Assembly (NCBI GenBank): GCA_964016885.1
Contig: OZ024742.1
Coordinates: 145,452,001 to 145,516,000 of the forward strand
Source of the DNA: Eledone cirrhosa
Taxonomy: Eukaryota
Length of the DNA: 64,000 bases
Direction: 5' to 3'
Of this stretch, positions 36,268 through 50,179 are shown one piece after another. The notes beneath the pieces are model-generated. The model had not been told where the DNA came from. It was given only the letters and a program-made list of their open reading frames with translations, and did not search any database. The stretch's first letter is position 1, and each line of letters starts with the position of its first letter. The position numbers and the translations under genes were made by a program.

Positions 36268-36753
36268 AGGGTAAGAACGGGATGGAAGAAGTTTAGGGAA
36301 CTACTACCACTGCTAGCTGCAAAAGGCTTCTCCCTCAGAATGAAAGGCAGACTGTATGATGCGTGTATCCGAACAGCGATGTTGCATGGTAGTGAGACCT
36401 GGGCGCTGAAGGTGGAAGACTTACGTAAATTAGAGAGAAACGAAGCCTGCATGCTCCGATGGATGTGTAACAGTAATATACGTGAACGACAAAGCATAAA
36501 TGAATTGAGAGAGAGACTGAGCATAAGAGGAATCAAATGCTGTGTGCAGGAGAGGCGGTTGCGCCACGAAAAAGCACCCAGCACTCACTGTAAATGAGGT
36601 TGGTGTTAGGAAGGGCATCCAGCTGTAGAAATCAAGCCAAATCAGTTCCTGTATGAGCAAGGCATGGTCAGCCGACCAGACACTGCCCACAACAGGACAA
36701 CCCGTCTAACCCATGCTAGCGTGGAAGAACGGACGTAAAACGGTGATGATGAT
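36268..36753 (+). mobile_element. RTE LINE 3' fragment joined to a SINE-type tail
   Basis: KGRLYDACIRTAMLHGSETWAL...ERNEACMLRWMC; then SINE 3' region and (GAT)n. Confidence 0.8.
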
Positions 36754-37496
36754 AGAATGTGCACTAAAATGTTTAGAACACATGCATCATCTATGACTTT
36801 CTATGACTAACTTATTGAAATCTTTGTGGTGACAATACCTTTAAAGGAACACTTATAAAAATGTTATGCACAAATATAAGGTGGTGAATAGACAGTCATT
36901 AGAATGGCAGAGTGCTTTCTACCAGTTCTGGCTCTTTGCTTTCACGGATTAAATCCTGCCGAGGTACTTTTTTTCCTTTCATTCATTCAAGGTCAATAAA
37001 AAAAATCTACCAGTCTAGTACTGGATTCGATTCTTCCTCTATACCTTTTTTACTCATTCTCTGGCCTTCTCTGGAAGAAATCTGCTGTATTCAGGCCTGG
37101 AGAGGAGATGGGTTCTGCCAGGTTTTTTAAAATGCCCTAAGAAACGCTATATATCAATATAGTACCCCTACGATTCCTTCAGGAGTTACAAGTCCATACC
37201 ATACCATATCAACACAAGCACAAAAATATATTGGAAACTGATGTTCTCTTAAAGATTATATTGATGTGTAAGCTAATCCATATCTGATTGTGGTTTTATT
37301 CATCTTAGTTATTTATATGCACTTATTTCAACGTTTATAGAAATAAGCTACAAGACACTGATACAGGTAAAATTTTAATTTTATTTACAAATCTTATTTA
37401 ATGAAAAATTATGTTTAAAATGAAATATTTCCCTGCAAAAATCAATAAAAACACAAGTAATAAAATGAAAATAAATATATTAAACTAAGATTTGTT

Positions 37497-37726
37497 CTAG
37501 TGTGTTTGAATGTTTTTAACTCCAGCAGGTATTCCAGAACCATATGTTAACATCAAGTCTGATAGCCAGACAGGTAGCATTCGTAACAATGGTATAATAA
37601 CATTTGCATCATAACCAGCTTTGTACCTATACTTCGGATATTTTGCTGTGATTGCATGTAAATAACAAAAGACCACTCGCTGGAGGTTTGAGTCAGCTTT
37701 ATTGAGCACTTGAAGTGATGAGAGAA
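37497..37726 (-). CDS. SDR (retinol dehydrogenase / HSD17B6-like), coding exon 4 (last)
   Basis: TTTGCAG| in phase 1; VVFCYLHAITAKYPKYRYKAGYDA...LPVWLSD matches the RDH-type HALTAxHPRTRYSAGWDA...LP motif; TAG stop. Confidence 0.88.
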
Positions 37727-37801
37727 CTGCAAATAAGGATAGAAAAACATTTACTATTATAGCAAGAGAAAAGAAAAGAAGAATTAATATTTGATTAGAA
37801 A

Positions 37802-37837
<36 letters not shown>

Positions 37838-37840
<3 letters not shown>

Positions 37841-38745
37841 AGCTGTACCTTGAGATAAAAAGGACAGATCCTGAACACTATAGATCTTGTTTGCAGTCTG
37901 ACCTGGACACAATGCAACAATGGATCTCAGACTGGCAACTCAAGCTAGCTGTGGACAAGTGCACCACCATGCATTTTGGGAGTAAAAACCCAGCGTCCAC
38001 ATACTCCCTCCACAGCACTAATATCAAGAAGTATTCCTGTGAACGTGACCTGGGCATTACGGTCAGCAGCGATTTGCGTTGGACGAGGCACGTCTCTAAA
38101 ATTGTCAAGAAGGCCGAGGGTGTCTTAGCATCACTCAGCAAGATCTTTGTCAGTCGCTCTCCAGATATCTATTTAAGGCTGTATACAGCTATGGTGCGAC
38201 CACACTTAGAATTTGCATCACCAATCTGGAACCCCTATCTTGCTCAGGACATTCACCGCCTGGAAACTGTTCAGAGATGTGCAACCAAGCGAATACCCTC
38301 CATCAGGCATCTACCATACTCTGAGCGCCTTGCTTCCCTGGGCATGGATTCATTGAAGCTCCGACGCCTGGCAACTGACTTGGTAAACACCCACAAAATT
38401 GTTAACCATGTTGCCAACAACAACCCTGAGTGCCTTTTCGATTTCCATGTGTCTAACACACGTGGACATGCCCACAAAGTAAGAAAACAGCACAGTTCCC
38501 ATGACTTTCGGAAACATTTTTTCACGCTCAGAGTTGCTGAAGCATGGAACAAACTACCTGCATCAGTTGTTAGCTGTCGAGACACTGCATCCTTTAAAGC
38601 CTCCATGCTTCCCGAGATCCGCCAACACTACAGCTAACACATACACACATGTACTTCCCTGACATTTGTGTATTATTCTATGTACTATATTGACGAGTTG
38701 TGGTGCACCTGAGCACTTTACACAATAATTTCATTATTATTTTTC
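37838..38745 (+). mobile_element. CR1/L2-type LINE 3' fragment with an uninterrupted frame, in SDR intron 3
   Basis: LQSDLD..QQW..DWQLKL..DKC..MHFG, ERDLGI, LYTAMVRPHLEFASPIWNPY, TRGH, FFTLRV..AWNKLP; flanked by (TA)n. Confidence 0.9.
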
Positions 38746-38747
38746 AT

Positions 38748-38781
<34 letters not shown>

Positions 38782-39065
38782 GTAGAACACTGGAAGGTAA
38801 TATCCATAGTGGTAGAGCACACTCAGTCCATGGCACGAGTTAGGTAGAAGTGTAACCACTTCTATATATATATATATATATAAGAGAGTATTGAAGTTTG
38901 CTTGAAGTATTGTGGAATAATAGGTAAATATCTTTAAGTCATCCTTCTACACATCTTATACACACCACGCATCTCAACGTACACCCACTTACATCTCTCT
39001 CTCCACCACCGGATCTTGTTACCCGGAGATTTACCCATTTGCATTGTCGAGGCTTCCAAACGACT

Positions 39066-39107
<42 letters not shown>

Positions 39108-40858
39108 TAGAAAGCTTACGAAACAAAGGGTTAGGAGGACCCTTCAGTTGCTTCAAAACCATAACAACCTTCTTGTGCTCTAAGTAGAACGTGGGATTGG
39201 ACGTTAAACTATGACAATGATGATGTATATAATATATATATATATATCATCATCATCATCGATTAACATCTATCTTCCACCCTAGCATGGGTTAGACGGG
39301 TTTGTCCCATTTAGAGGATATATATATGTATATATATATACATAATCATCATCCTTTTACACTCGTTTTCCATGCTTTCACGGGTTGGACAAGTCTTTTG
39401 CAGCACAATTACCCTGCAGAAGGTTTCTTTTAAATCAAAATGTGCATTCTTTAATTTTCCTTTATCAATATTGTAGATACTGAAGTTTTCTCACATTAAT
39501 ACTTTCTTCATAACATTTTTAAAATTGGAGCAATTCAATAGACCTTCATTCTAATTATTTGATGACAGCTAAATCAAAGCTGCCTAAAGAAATAAATCTA
39601 TAGTGAAAAGTTTTCATGCACTATAGATTCTTGTGCTAAATACTTAGACTATATATAAGTATTTGCCCTTAGACAAATGGTAGATGCCTCATATAGGATG
39701 CCACTTTCTGCAACTCTTTTACACTCCAGCTTACATGTTGAATGATGTGGTAGTGGTGACTGTTACTGCATGCATAGTTAAATAGAATAAGATATTGAAA
39801 TACCATAATTTGTCAATGAATTACATTTTTCAGTATATAGTATTTGAGATGTTCAGGAAGGAGTGGGGATGCTGACAATGGAATTTTTGTCAACATTGGC
39901 AACTTGTCTTTCTATAGCACTGCACATGTCGGCTCTTTTTTTTCTGGCTCATTTTTGTTCCTATTGTTTGCTTTGTTGATTGTATATCGTGGACCAATTG
40001 ACTAGAATCATTTTGTGTGCAAAGATGCAATTCTATCTGACTCAAAAGATGTAAAAAAATATATTAAAAAGATGTTGTTGAGTAATCAACAAACCTGTTT
40101 CTGGTAAAAACCTACCATTTTTAGTAACATTAAAAAAAGTATTTTAAAATCTGTATATAAAATAAAAAATGACTGCATAAAATGCTTCTTTTACAAGCCA
40201 TCATGAAAAGGATGATAGTCTTTTTACTTATAATCCTGCTCAGTGGCCTCAATAGCTTGATTAGAACATTCTCAATAATGAACCACTTGATTCCATTTCT
40301 AATATCTTTTTATTCTCTTCTTTGTAAATAGGGTATCATACTTTTTTTCTTTTATGTACCTTTTTTATATTTCAAATTTATACACAGCTACTGAAATAAA
40401 TAATAAGAAAAAAGAAAAAGGAAAACTGATATGATTTGGAATAATTTGCTAAACAAAAATGTTTCATGAAATCTAATTACGAACTGAAGTTAAGCATCAC
40501 ACTTGAACTCATGTCATGGTAAACAGAATAATATTATTGTAAAGTAGTAGTACTGGTACCACAATATAAAGCATCCAGCCCACCCTGTAAGGTGGTAGTG
40601 TTGGAGTCACAATAAAATACACCCAGTACATTCTGTAAAGTGGTTGGCACTAGGTAGAGCATGAAGCCATAGAAACCAAGTGAAAAATGGAGCATATGAG
40701 CAAAATGTAATCACCTGACCAGTCTAGCCTCAGTACATGACAACCAATCTAATCCTTGCTAGAATGGAAAATAGACATTAAATGATGAAAATGATGATGA
40801 CTGCATAGTCATTGAGTGCATGTCAGATATGATTAGTATGAATTAGCTGTTTACTTAC

Positions 40859-41022
40859 AGGTTTCAAAACATCTTTTTCCATAGTATTTTTGAACCACAA
40901 TGGGAGAAGCCTCAAAATCTCGGCTTGATTTATTTTTAAGTGTTTCACATGATGTCAGGTTTGTTACAAAAGCTCCTGGCTGAACTATATGGACAGATAT
41001 GTTTTGTTTTTTTAAAGAACAC
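40859..41022 (-). CDS. SDR coding exon 3
   Basis: CAG| ... |GTAAGT; ISVHIVQPGAFVTNL...QKYYG. Confidence 0.92.
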
Positions 41023-41537
41023 CTGGAGACAAAAAATGTTTTAAATATTATACACACTAAATAGTGTTGTTACATTCATGAGGTGAAGTGAAAATTAATT
41101 GTTATTTGAAAATATAGTCACCACAATGCAGGTAACTATGATTAATAGGTGAATAAATCAGGCAAAGTACTCCTGGAGATGGAAAAAAGTGGACTGAGAT
41201 ACACTGTCTTCGAGGGTACTTTACTTACTTATTCAACAACTAATTATGGTTTTTTGCACTGTGGCAGCTATATTTTCAAATTCCACTGTTATGTTTTATT
41301 GTCTTGCTATATTCGTACTTTAAACATTTTAGAAGTATACTAAAACAATCTATTGTTTGAATAATGTAAACTCCATCACCTATTAATATTTTATTGAAAT
41401 GTAAATCCATTTATTTTTATTTTGTGATTTGAATATTTAAAATTATGCAAATTGCTTTCTTGAAATAACAGAACTTGCTTTACAAAAACAAAAAATTCAA
41501 AATTCAAAGAAAGTATTTGAAAATTGTGTTCATTTAC

Positions 41538-41799
41538 CTAAGACCATTTGAATATGCTTCCACGGCATGTTTTGATATGCAGTATGGTATAAATATAGGT
41601 GGCGTAATTTTTCCCAAGACACTAGACATATTAATAATTCTTCCCTTTGCCATACGCAACAATGGCAAGAAAGCGGTGGTGACATCTATCATTCCATATA
41701 CATTTACATCCATAACTGCATTATAATGTTTTCGTGTGTAACAATCAGGGAACAAAAGTGTACCCATAACACCAGCATTGTTAACCAAAGCCCACAAAC
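41538..41799 (-). CDS. SDR coding exon 2 (NNAG and catalytic YxxxK)
   Basis: GLWALVNNAG...DVNVYGMIDVTTAFLPLLRMAKGRIINMSS...YCISKHAVEAYSNGLR; canonical splice sites. Confidence 0.95.
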
Positions 41800-42025
41800 C
41801 TGAAGTAGAAATCGATCGTTTAGGCCAACAAATTTGGGGAAAGGGGAAAGTTTATTAAATCAACCCCAATATTTGACTGGTACTTTATTTTATTGAGCAG
41901 AGAAGAGTAATTATTGAGAACAAGAACTGCACACACTCAGATACACATGTCTATACACCATTTTAAGAACTCACAGATGACAAAAACAGAATTGAAAGTA
42001 AGGATAAAATTATAAAGTTCTTCAC

Positions 42026-42362
42026 CTGTATTTTTTGGAAGTTTAGATTTGATCAATATTTTAGCCTTTTCAATATCTTTCTGTTTAGTAATATCCATCA
42101 AAAATGCTTCTAGTCTTTGTGTGCAGCAGCATTGGAGGTCAAATATTGCCTGTTCAGTCAGACAACAAGCAAATACATTAAAACCAAGTGCATCCAGCTG
42201 TTTAGCCAGAAGGTTTCCAAAACCAGTATCGCAACCAGTAACTAACACATATTTCCGATGAAATTCTTTAACTGTAAGTTTCCCAAGATACCATTGAATG
42301 AAAAGATAAGGAACTATCACAGCTAGTACAACAGGAATTGTTTCATATATTGTACAAAACAT
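42026..42362 (-). CDS. SDR coding exon 1 (hydrophobic N-terminal anchor, TGxxxGxG cofactor motif)
   Basis: KYVLVTGCDTGFGNLLAKQLD; the four exons sum to 993 nt = 330 aa + stop with consistent phases. Confidence 0.95.
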
Positions 42363-42409
42363 CTTGTTATTTTGCTGAAAATAAATAAATAAATTTATTT
42401 ATTAACAAT

Positions 42410-42605
42410 AATAATTGTTTCTACTTTTTCTACTTTTAGCACAAGGCCAGCAATTATCCCAGTGTATTACTGGTACTTTATTTTATCGACCCAGTAAGGA
42501 TGAACGGCAAAGTTAACCTCTGCGAGATGTGAACTCAGACCATAAAGGACTGTAACTCTTTGCTGCAAAGCCTCTACCGTCCAACCCTCTACCGATACTG
42601 CCAAA
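42410..42605 (-). mobile_element. tRNA-derived SINE, Meta-like family
   Basis: Reverse-complement match to 63033-63224. Confidence 0.75.
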
Positions 42606-43243
42606 TGGTTTCTTTTTAGGCACAAGGAAGAGGGGAAAATCAATTAAATTATCCTCAGTATGTGACTGGTACTTTATATTATCATCCTCCTTACAGATAA
42701 AAGGCAAGGTTAATTGTGGCTGGTTTAAACTCAGGATAAAGAACAAAAACAAATATATTTATATATATATCATTATTATCATCATCATCATTACGGGGGT
42801 CGATAAAATAAAGTACCAGTAATACACTGGGATAATTGCTGGCCTTGTGCCAAAAGTAGAAACAAATATTATCATCATCATCATCGTTTTAATGTCCGCT
42901 TTCCCTACTAGCAAGGGTTTTATATATATATGCAAAAATGGCGTGCTGCGTTGTTGCAAATGGGATACATATGAATAAAATTAGAGCAAGAAGACAGGAC
43001 TGTCCATCATCAGTGATCTTCCAGCCATCATCGGTATTTCTTCACATTAAAGACCATATACCTCAGGCTGGTGCGAGCAATAACTAAAAAAAGTTATTGG
43101 GACAGGTAGAATTGGGTGGAGAAAGCGAGACATGTAAACAAACAGAGATGGTAATGCAACAGAAAGAGAGGAAGATGAGAAACAAGTCCGTGATATCTGT
43201 GAACTTAAGCTCGAGCAAATCATGGACGAGGAGAGAAAGACGC

Positions 43244-43292
<49 letters not shown>

Positions 43293-43295
<3 letters not shown>

Positions 43296-43640
43296 TCATC
43301 ATCATCATCATTTCATTTTACGTCCGCTTTTTCCCTGCTTGCAAGGGTGGGACGGGAACTGATTCTGGCTTGATTTCTACAGCTGGATGCACTTCCTAAC
43401 ACCAACCTCATTTACAGTGAGTGCTGGGTGCTTTTTTGCCGTGGCACCTCCACGAACCACTTTGCAGTGGAATGATATGGACCCCAGTCCCTATCATCTC
43501 ATTTCTACAGCTGAGTAAACTGGAGCAATGTGAAATAAAGTGTCTTGCTCAAGGAAACAACACATCACCCGGTCTGAGAATTGAACTCACAACCCTTCGA
43601 TTGCAAGGCCAATGCTCTAACCACTAAGCCATGTGCCTCC
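43293..43640 (-). mobile_element. tRNA-derived SINE, V-like family
   Basis: Near-identical reverse complement of 14389-14729. Confidence 0.85.
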
Positions 43641-43936
43641 ATATATATATATATCAAAGCACCCAGCACTCACTGTAAATGAGGTTGGTGTTAGGAAGGG
43701 CATCCAGCTGTAGAAATCAAGCCAGAATCAGTTCCCGTCCCACCCTTGCAAGCAGGGAAAGAGCGGACGTAAAATGAAATGAGAAAATAAAAAATATATA
43801 TATATATGTATGTATATATATATATTGCTCAAGGAAACAACACATCGCCCAGTCTGAGAATTGAACTCACAACCTTTTGATTGCAAGGCGAATGCTCTAA
43901 CCACTAAGCCATGTACCTACACGTATATATATATAT

Positions 43937-43972
<36 letters not shown>

Positions 43973-43986
43973 CTACACACACATAC

Positions 43987-44060
<74 letters not shown>

Positions 44061-44062
<2 letters not shown>

Positions 44063-44455
44063 GTACATGGCTTAGTGGTTAGAGCATTCGCCTTGCAATC
44101 GAAAGGTTGTGAGTTCAATTCTCAGACCGGGTGATGTGTTGTTTCCTTGAGCAAGACACTTTATTTCACATTGCTCCAGTTTGCTCAGCTGTAGAAATGA
44201 GATGATAGGGACTGGGGTCCGTATCATTCCACTGCAAAGTGGTTGTGGAGGTGCCACGGCAAAAAAAGGACCCATCCCACACTGTAAAGTGGTCGTGGAG
44301 GTGCCACGGCAAAAAAGCACCCAGCCCACACTGTAAATGAGGTTGGTGTTAGGAAGGGCATCCAGCTGTAGAAATCCAGCCAGAATCAGTTCCCGTCCCA
44401 CCCTTGCAAGCAGGAAAAAAGCGGACGTAAAATGAAATGATGATGATTATGATGA
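44061..44455 (+). mobile_element. tRNA-derived SINE, V-like family, with an internal ~50-bp duplication
   Basis: Match to 14389-14729; the AAAGTGGT..TGGAGGTGCCACGGCAAAAAA segment is duplicated. Confidence 0.85.
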
Positions 44456-44463
44456 TATATATA

Positions 44464-44576
44464 TATTAAAATAACAGATTAAAGTTTAAGCAAAGAATCG
44501 CTGCTTTCACCCTTAACGGGATCTTAAGGGTGAAAGCAGCGATTCTTTGCTTAAACTTTAATCTGTTATTTTAATA
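44464..44576. repeat. Perfect palindrome, 53-bp arms, 7-nt spacer
   Basis: 44464-44516 is the exact reverse complement of 44524-44576; spacer CGGGATC. Confidence 0.95.
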
Positions 44577-44677
44577 AATATTTGCTCTACGGTTCTCTTA
44601 TATATTTGATATATATTTATCCTTATCGAGCCCTCTTTGGATTTTAGTCTTCAAATTTATTATTATTACTATATTAT

Positions 44678-44747
<70 letters not shown>

Positions 44748-44924
44748 CATCATCATCATCAACATCATCATTACATCCATTTTTCTACACTGACATGTCT
44801 TTTTGATGGTGGAGGGGGGGGGTCCTTTTCAACACAACGTCTATCCACACATAATGATCCTTCATCATGTCCACTGTTAGTTTCAGTGGTTTAAGATCAA
44901 CTCTCATTGTCTCAGCCCAGATCT

Positions 44925-46255
44925 ATGAAGACAGGTAAAGCAACTGGCCTTTCGGAGAGAGTTGCCGAGACGCTGAAAGCGTCTGGGATGGTGGGTCATG
45001 CCTTAACCACCCGTATTGTAAACCAAGTAATACAAAATTGTGTCATACTCAATGACTGGCGTAACAGCATCATCATCAACTGCTAGAGAAAACTAAAGAG
45101 GAATCAAGATGATGGACTAGGTCATGAAGGTCACAGCTGATTAGGGACAAAGTTAACCTCAATGAGATGCAGTTTGGATTTGTACCAGGTAAAAGTACCA
45201 CTGATGTTCTCTTCATTGTGAGGAAACTACAGCAGAAGTACCTAGCTAAAAGTAAACCCCTCTTCTTGGCTTTTTTTACCTGGAAAAGTCTTTTGACGGA
45301 GTCCACCATTCCATTATTTAGTGGGCTCTTAGAAAAATAGGAGCAGATGAGTGACTTGTGAGGGCAGTACAAGCCATGTATTGAGGAACTATCAGCAAGG
45401 TTAGAATTAACAATAACTATAGTGAAGAATTTAATATGCAGGTAAGAGTCCATTAGGTTACTTAGCCTTTTTCTGTTTATTATCATCCTACAGGCTAAAA
45501 CAGAAGAGTTTAAGACTGGCTGCCCATGGGAACTCCCGAATGAAGATGATTTCACCCATGTAGCAGAATCTATGGCAGAATTAGAGAAGAAACTACAAAC
45601 CTGGAAGCATGGTCTAGAGTCAAAAGGTCTTAAAGTTAACTTAACAACTAGACTAAGTTCTAGTATGTAGAAAGGAAAACTGGCCCCATGCTCCCTCAGG
45701 AAAAAATGGCCTTGCTCAGTGTACAGGAAAGGAGTAGGTAGAAATTCCGTCCTTAATACAAGCTATAGGTACACAAGAGATGTAGTGAGATCTCAGGCAG
45801 GCTAGCAAAGAACATAGGTTTTATAGGTGGTCGATGCACAGGAGTAAAATGAGAGTCAGCTTTCATGAAATCACTAAATGAGGTTTATTTTTCAACATAG
45901 TTCCTAGAAAGAAACCATGCAGTTATTAATAAGAAGAGATGAAATTAATGCATAGAACATTTCACAGCTCTAGCATCACTCCTTCATAGTAAGCCTATGA
46001 ACTTTTCAGCTGACCCTCATAAGTAGCAAGAGCTCACAGGATACTAGCTCCTTTAAATGTCCAGAGGACTCTGTAGAAGTAATTGATAGTGTCTGTTACC
46101 TGTGTGACTAAATTAGCAGTGGAGGTGGGTGTTCTAAAAGTACAGTAGCCAGAGTGAGAACAGGATGGAAAAAGTTCAGGGACCAACTACCGTTGCTAAA
46201 TACAAAACATTTTCCCCTCAAAATGAAGGGCAGATTGTATGATGCATGTGTAATG
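44925..46255 (+). mobile_element. Decayed RTE LINE fragment, interrupted by an insertion at ~45850-46035
   Basis: EMQFGFVPGKSTTD, FKTGCPWEL, RTGWKKFR, KGRLYDAC remnants. Confidence 0.75.
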
Positions 46256-48166
46256 GAACTACGTCGCACCTCGCAATACCAACATTTTCATATGCAATAG
46301 GTCAAACTGACCAATGAGAAGTTGCGTATGAATACATGGTCAATCTCACTTTTGCTCTCTGGTGAAAAACCTCAGACAGCACAAAAATTTTAACACCACA
46401 AAATCAAAGCATGTTTTTTTTAATGTCTAAAATGACCCTTCCATGATGTATCTATATATCTGTGTTGATTTCACTACCCTCTCTCTCCCTCTTTCCCTAC
46501 TTCTCTTTCTCTCTCCCTTTCTCTTTCCCCTTCTCTCTCTCTCTATGTATGCCCAACTATTTTGTTTTCATATCTTTCAGTCTATGTTTTCTCTTTTGTT
46601 TTTCTCACACATCTGAGAAAAATCACACACTTCCCTGATTTCCTATCATCTGGTTATCTATAAGGCAGATATAAAGATTCATGATAATTCTTTTAGCACA
46701 AGGCCAGTAATTTACGGGTAGTGGAATGTCAATTTTATTGACCCCTATACACAGAGGTGTATCTAGGATGGCAAGCATAGGTGCCACTTAAAATAATGTA
46801 CTACCTGAACTAGGTGCACTCTCTATTAAAGTTAGATAAGCTATCGTCAGAGAGTGAAAAAAGAAACTTCTTCAGATGTATGATCTTCTCTTTGATTATC
46901 ATGGGTGAGAACACTATTATGGCTGGATCATTAAACCATTTATAAAAATTATTAGGCCCATAGGTAAAAATACAGTGGTTGGAATGACATGACCACATAG
47001 ACATACCGCATAGTATGATTTGTCAAATATTTTAATAGGGTTTTGATATTTGTCAAAGATCAGTATTACAAAGATCACTCCTTTTAAATACACTAACACT
47101 TTTGCCAATACTTTATGTATACTTAAGTGTAAAGAATACCTGTAGAACAAATGAAAATGCAGTTAAACACCCTAAACCCTCATTTATTTAAAACTGCGCT
47201 GTCAATCCCATTGTCTAACATTACTATATAGCTTGCTGCATGGGCAGGGGCACAATTTCAATGTTTGCCATAGGTGCTATTTTCCTTTGTTACACCTCTG
47301 CCTATACATGACTAGTACTTTTTTATTGACCCTGGAAGAATGAAAGAAAATATTGACTTTGGTGGAATTTGAACACGATATCAGACACCCAGTACACTCT
47401 GTAAAGTGTGTAAATTTATGTGTGTGAGAGGTATAGGCATTCCCCAACCCATTTGAGAAGTCAGTAATACGGATTAAGTATGAACTTGTCCGGGACAACC
47501 CATCCAACCCTTGCTAGTAGGGATAATGGACAGATATTAAATGAAGATGGTGTTGATGATGATGATGATGATGATGATGAAAATAAAGAGTACTAAATAA
47601 ATACCATAAGGTACACCACATGGTATTTATTTAGTACTCTTTTGTCTGTCACTTTAATAATAGTATTGGAACTGTGATCTCTCAATTCAGAGAGACACTA
47701 ATTCTCTGAATTGAGATATCACAGCTTCGATACTATGGGGATGTAGTTAGAGTGTCTTAGGAAAGAATCGCTGGACAGATTTTATGAGCAAAACCAAGCA
47801 GAAGAAGACCCAATGATAAACCCGAAGCAAGATGGTTGGATAACATCCATGAAATTGACTAGTCTCACTTGGGGATCCAGCCCGATCAGTTGGAGATGGT
47901 TGCTTCTGACAAGACCTGCTGGAAAGAATGTTTGAAGACTCTGTCCCCACGACCCTATCAGGAATAAGTGGGCAAAGAAGGAGGACGAGAAGAAGATCAG
48001 ATATATACAATACAAAGCATGCCTGGAAAGGTGTTCTAATAAAACATATTTACCTGTAAAATCTATTCAACTGTATTATGCAACTTCCAAACACCACAAT
48101 ATTTGAGTAATGGTGTTGTAAAGGAGACAATGACACAGACAGTATAACTATATTAATTAACTACTG

Positions 48167-48208
<42 letters not shown>

Positions 48209-48654
48209 ATACTGCTGCTGCTGCTGCTGCTGCTACTACTACTACTACTACTACTACCACAATCACACCCCAACTGCCACCATCACAACCACCACCACTA
48301 CTACTACTACTACCACAACCTCAACCGTCACTACCACCACCAACACTACTACTACTTCTAAATCCTATATCAGTCTGAGATTATTCAGTATTGTATTTGA
48401 AAGTATAGCATTAAACATTTTTGTAATATATAGGACAATTTGTTTAACCTTAAAAATTGCATGATTTTAACTTTATTTCCATACATTTTTAATTTTATTG
48501 ACAGATTTTAAACTAATGTTAACCTTATTATTAATAAATTGATAAAAATTAGGGAGTTCACTCTAGTTTTGATTATTTTATGATACATTATCAAAACAAT
48601 TTTTTTTAAATAACTATTGCAGAAATTTATTATAGTACAATATGATATAATTGT

Positions 48655-48838
48655 TTTGGCACAAGGCTTTTGGCACAAGGCCAGCAATTACCCAGTACAT
48701 TATTGGTACTTTATTTTATCGACCCCGTAAGGATGAAAGGCAAAGTTAACCTTGGCGGGATTTGAACTCAGTTCGTAAAGGGACGTTACTGTGCTGCAAA
48801 GCATGGCGTCTGACCCTCTACCGATACTGCCAATCCAT
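48655..48838 (-). mobile_element. tRNA-derived SINE, Meta-like family
   Basis: Reverse-complement match to 63033-63224. Confidence 0.75.
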
Positions 48839-48849
48839 AATGCTTTATA

Positions 48850-50150
48850 TTTCTAGACCAAAAATTCCTGTCTTTTGCAAGGATATTTTTCAGCATGGAA
48901 AAACTGTGTTCTACAGTAGCTGATGTTGCTTGGCATTATCTCAGGTTTGCATATTTCATGGGTAAAACTTTGGGGTTCATTAGTTGAAATATCGAATTGA
49001 TTTTGTTTTTATTGAATCTAAAATCAATGAAATTCATGATCTAACAAGAGTCTTTATTGAATTTCAATTCTTTGAGCTTTTTGTAAGCACCATAGATGGT
49101 GATGGCTGTTGACTTAGCTTTCAAAATCAACTCTTTCAACTGCAGATAGTTTGAACAGAGTTTTAGTGAGGTTAGTCCTGATCTCAGCATTTCGCAGCTT
49201 CTTTCATTCTCTGCACCAAAATGCTTTTTCCTCAAAACTCTCAACAAATTCAGTAACTTCTACAAGATTTTTGGCATAGTAATTGCTGGCATCCAACCAG
49301 CTACCCCACCTAGTCACAATTGGCTGAGTGTTCTGAATTCTTCTCAACTGTTTGGTTTTTACAGTAGCAGTCTTGATGGTGGCAATCAATCGATTGCAGG
49401 ATTGAAAGCCTTTATTTTTAGAGCACAGTTTTGCAGTAGGTGGAGGAAGTAGGTTACATGGAAGAGCTTAGTTACATAACCTGAAATGTTTCTCCAGCAG
49501 CTGCTATATACCAAGCAGCCTGAGACAATAGTAGGAGAAAATCTTCTTTTGGAACTGCTATACTTCTTAGAAAATCATTGATGATCTGAGCAATGACTGC
49601 AGCAGTTAGAGCTGATTCAAGTGGCAAACTCTATTAAGAACGTTTTTTGAGAATTTTTAACTGAATCAATAAGCACATTAACAATTTTTTGGTTATGGAT
49701 CTCACTTTTGTCAACAATTTTTAATTCATCAACAATTAAAAATACATTTTGATCAGCCAGGCATCTCTTGCAATTTTCAACCGTGCTTGTACTTAAGCAT
49801 CTCAACATATTTTTGGCACGTAGATTGAGATGGCTGTGGTTTATTGATAGAATCAAAGGGACCACTTAAACTTGGATTTGTGAGCTTATGCAAATGAATG
49901 TTGGCCTCAAGAAACACTTTGGTAAACATTGCACCTCAAGATTTAACGTTTTTGGTAAATTCAAATGATTTGACAGATTGCTGCTCAATTTTAGTGTTTT
50001 TTTTTAAAGTTTTGATGTTTTGAGCTCATTCTATGCAGCTCAACAAAATTCCTTTTATCACATTTGACATGAGAGACAGAGTCTATAGTGCAACTGGTTA
50101 TTGTGAGTCAATACAAATTCTTTTGAGAATTTTTCTGTAAATTAAATGGT
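48850..50150 (-). pseudogene. Decayed hAT-superfamily (CGGBP-like) transposase
   Basis: VFLIVDE (first catalytic Asp region), PIVTRWGSWLDASNYYAKN, and a ATSATVEHSFS-like dimerisation remnant near 48900-48930; many stops. Confidence 0.65.
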
Positions 50151-50179
50151 ATTCTCTAGCTGATTTGTGTGCCAGGTGA

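Noticed and set aside
38881-39068. ~190-bp TAAG...CTTA segment between TA runs as a solo LTR
   Set aside because: Single copy in the window, no TG...CA termini, and any TSD is obscured by the microsatellite
42995-43025. Minus-strand CTGATGA-TGGAC...GTC resembling a hammerhead
   Set aside because: No GAAA and no stem I/III after stem II; at best a truncated remnant
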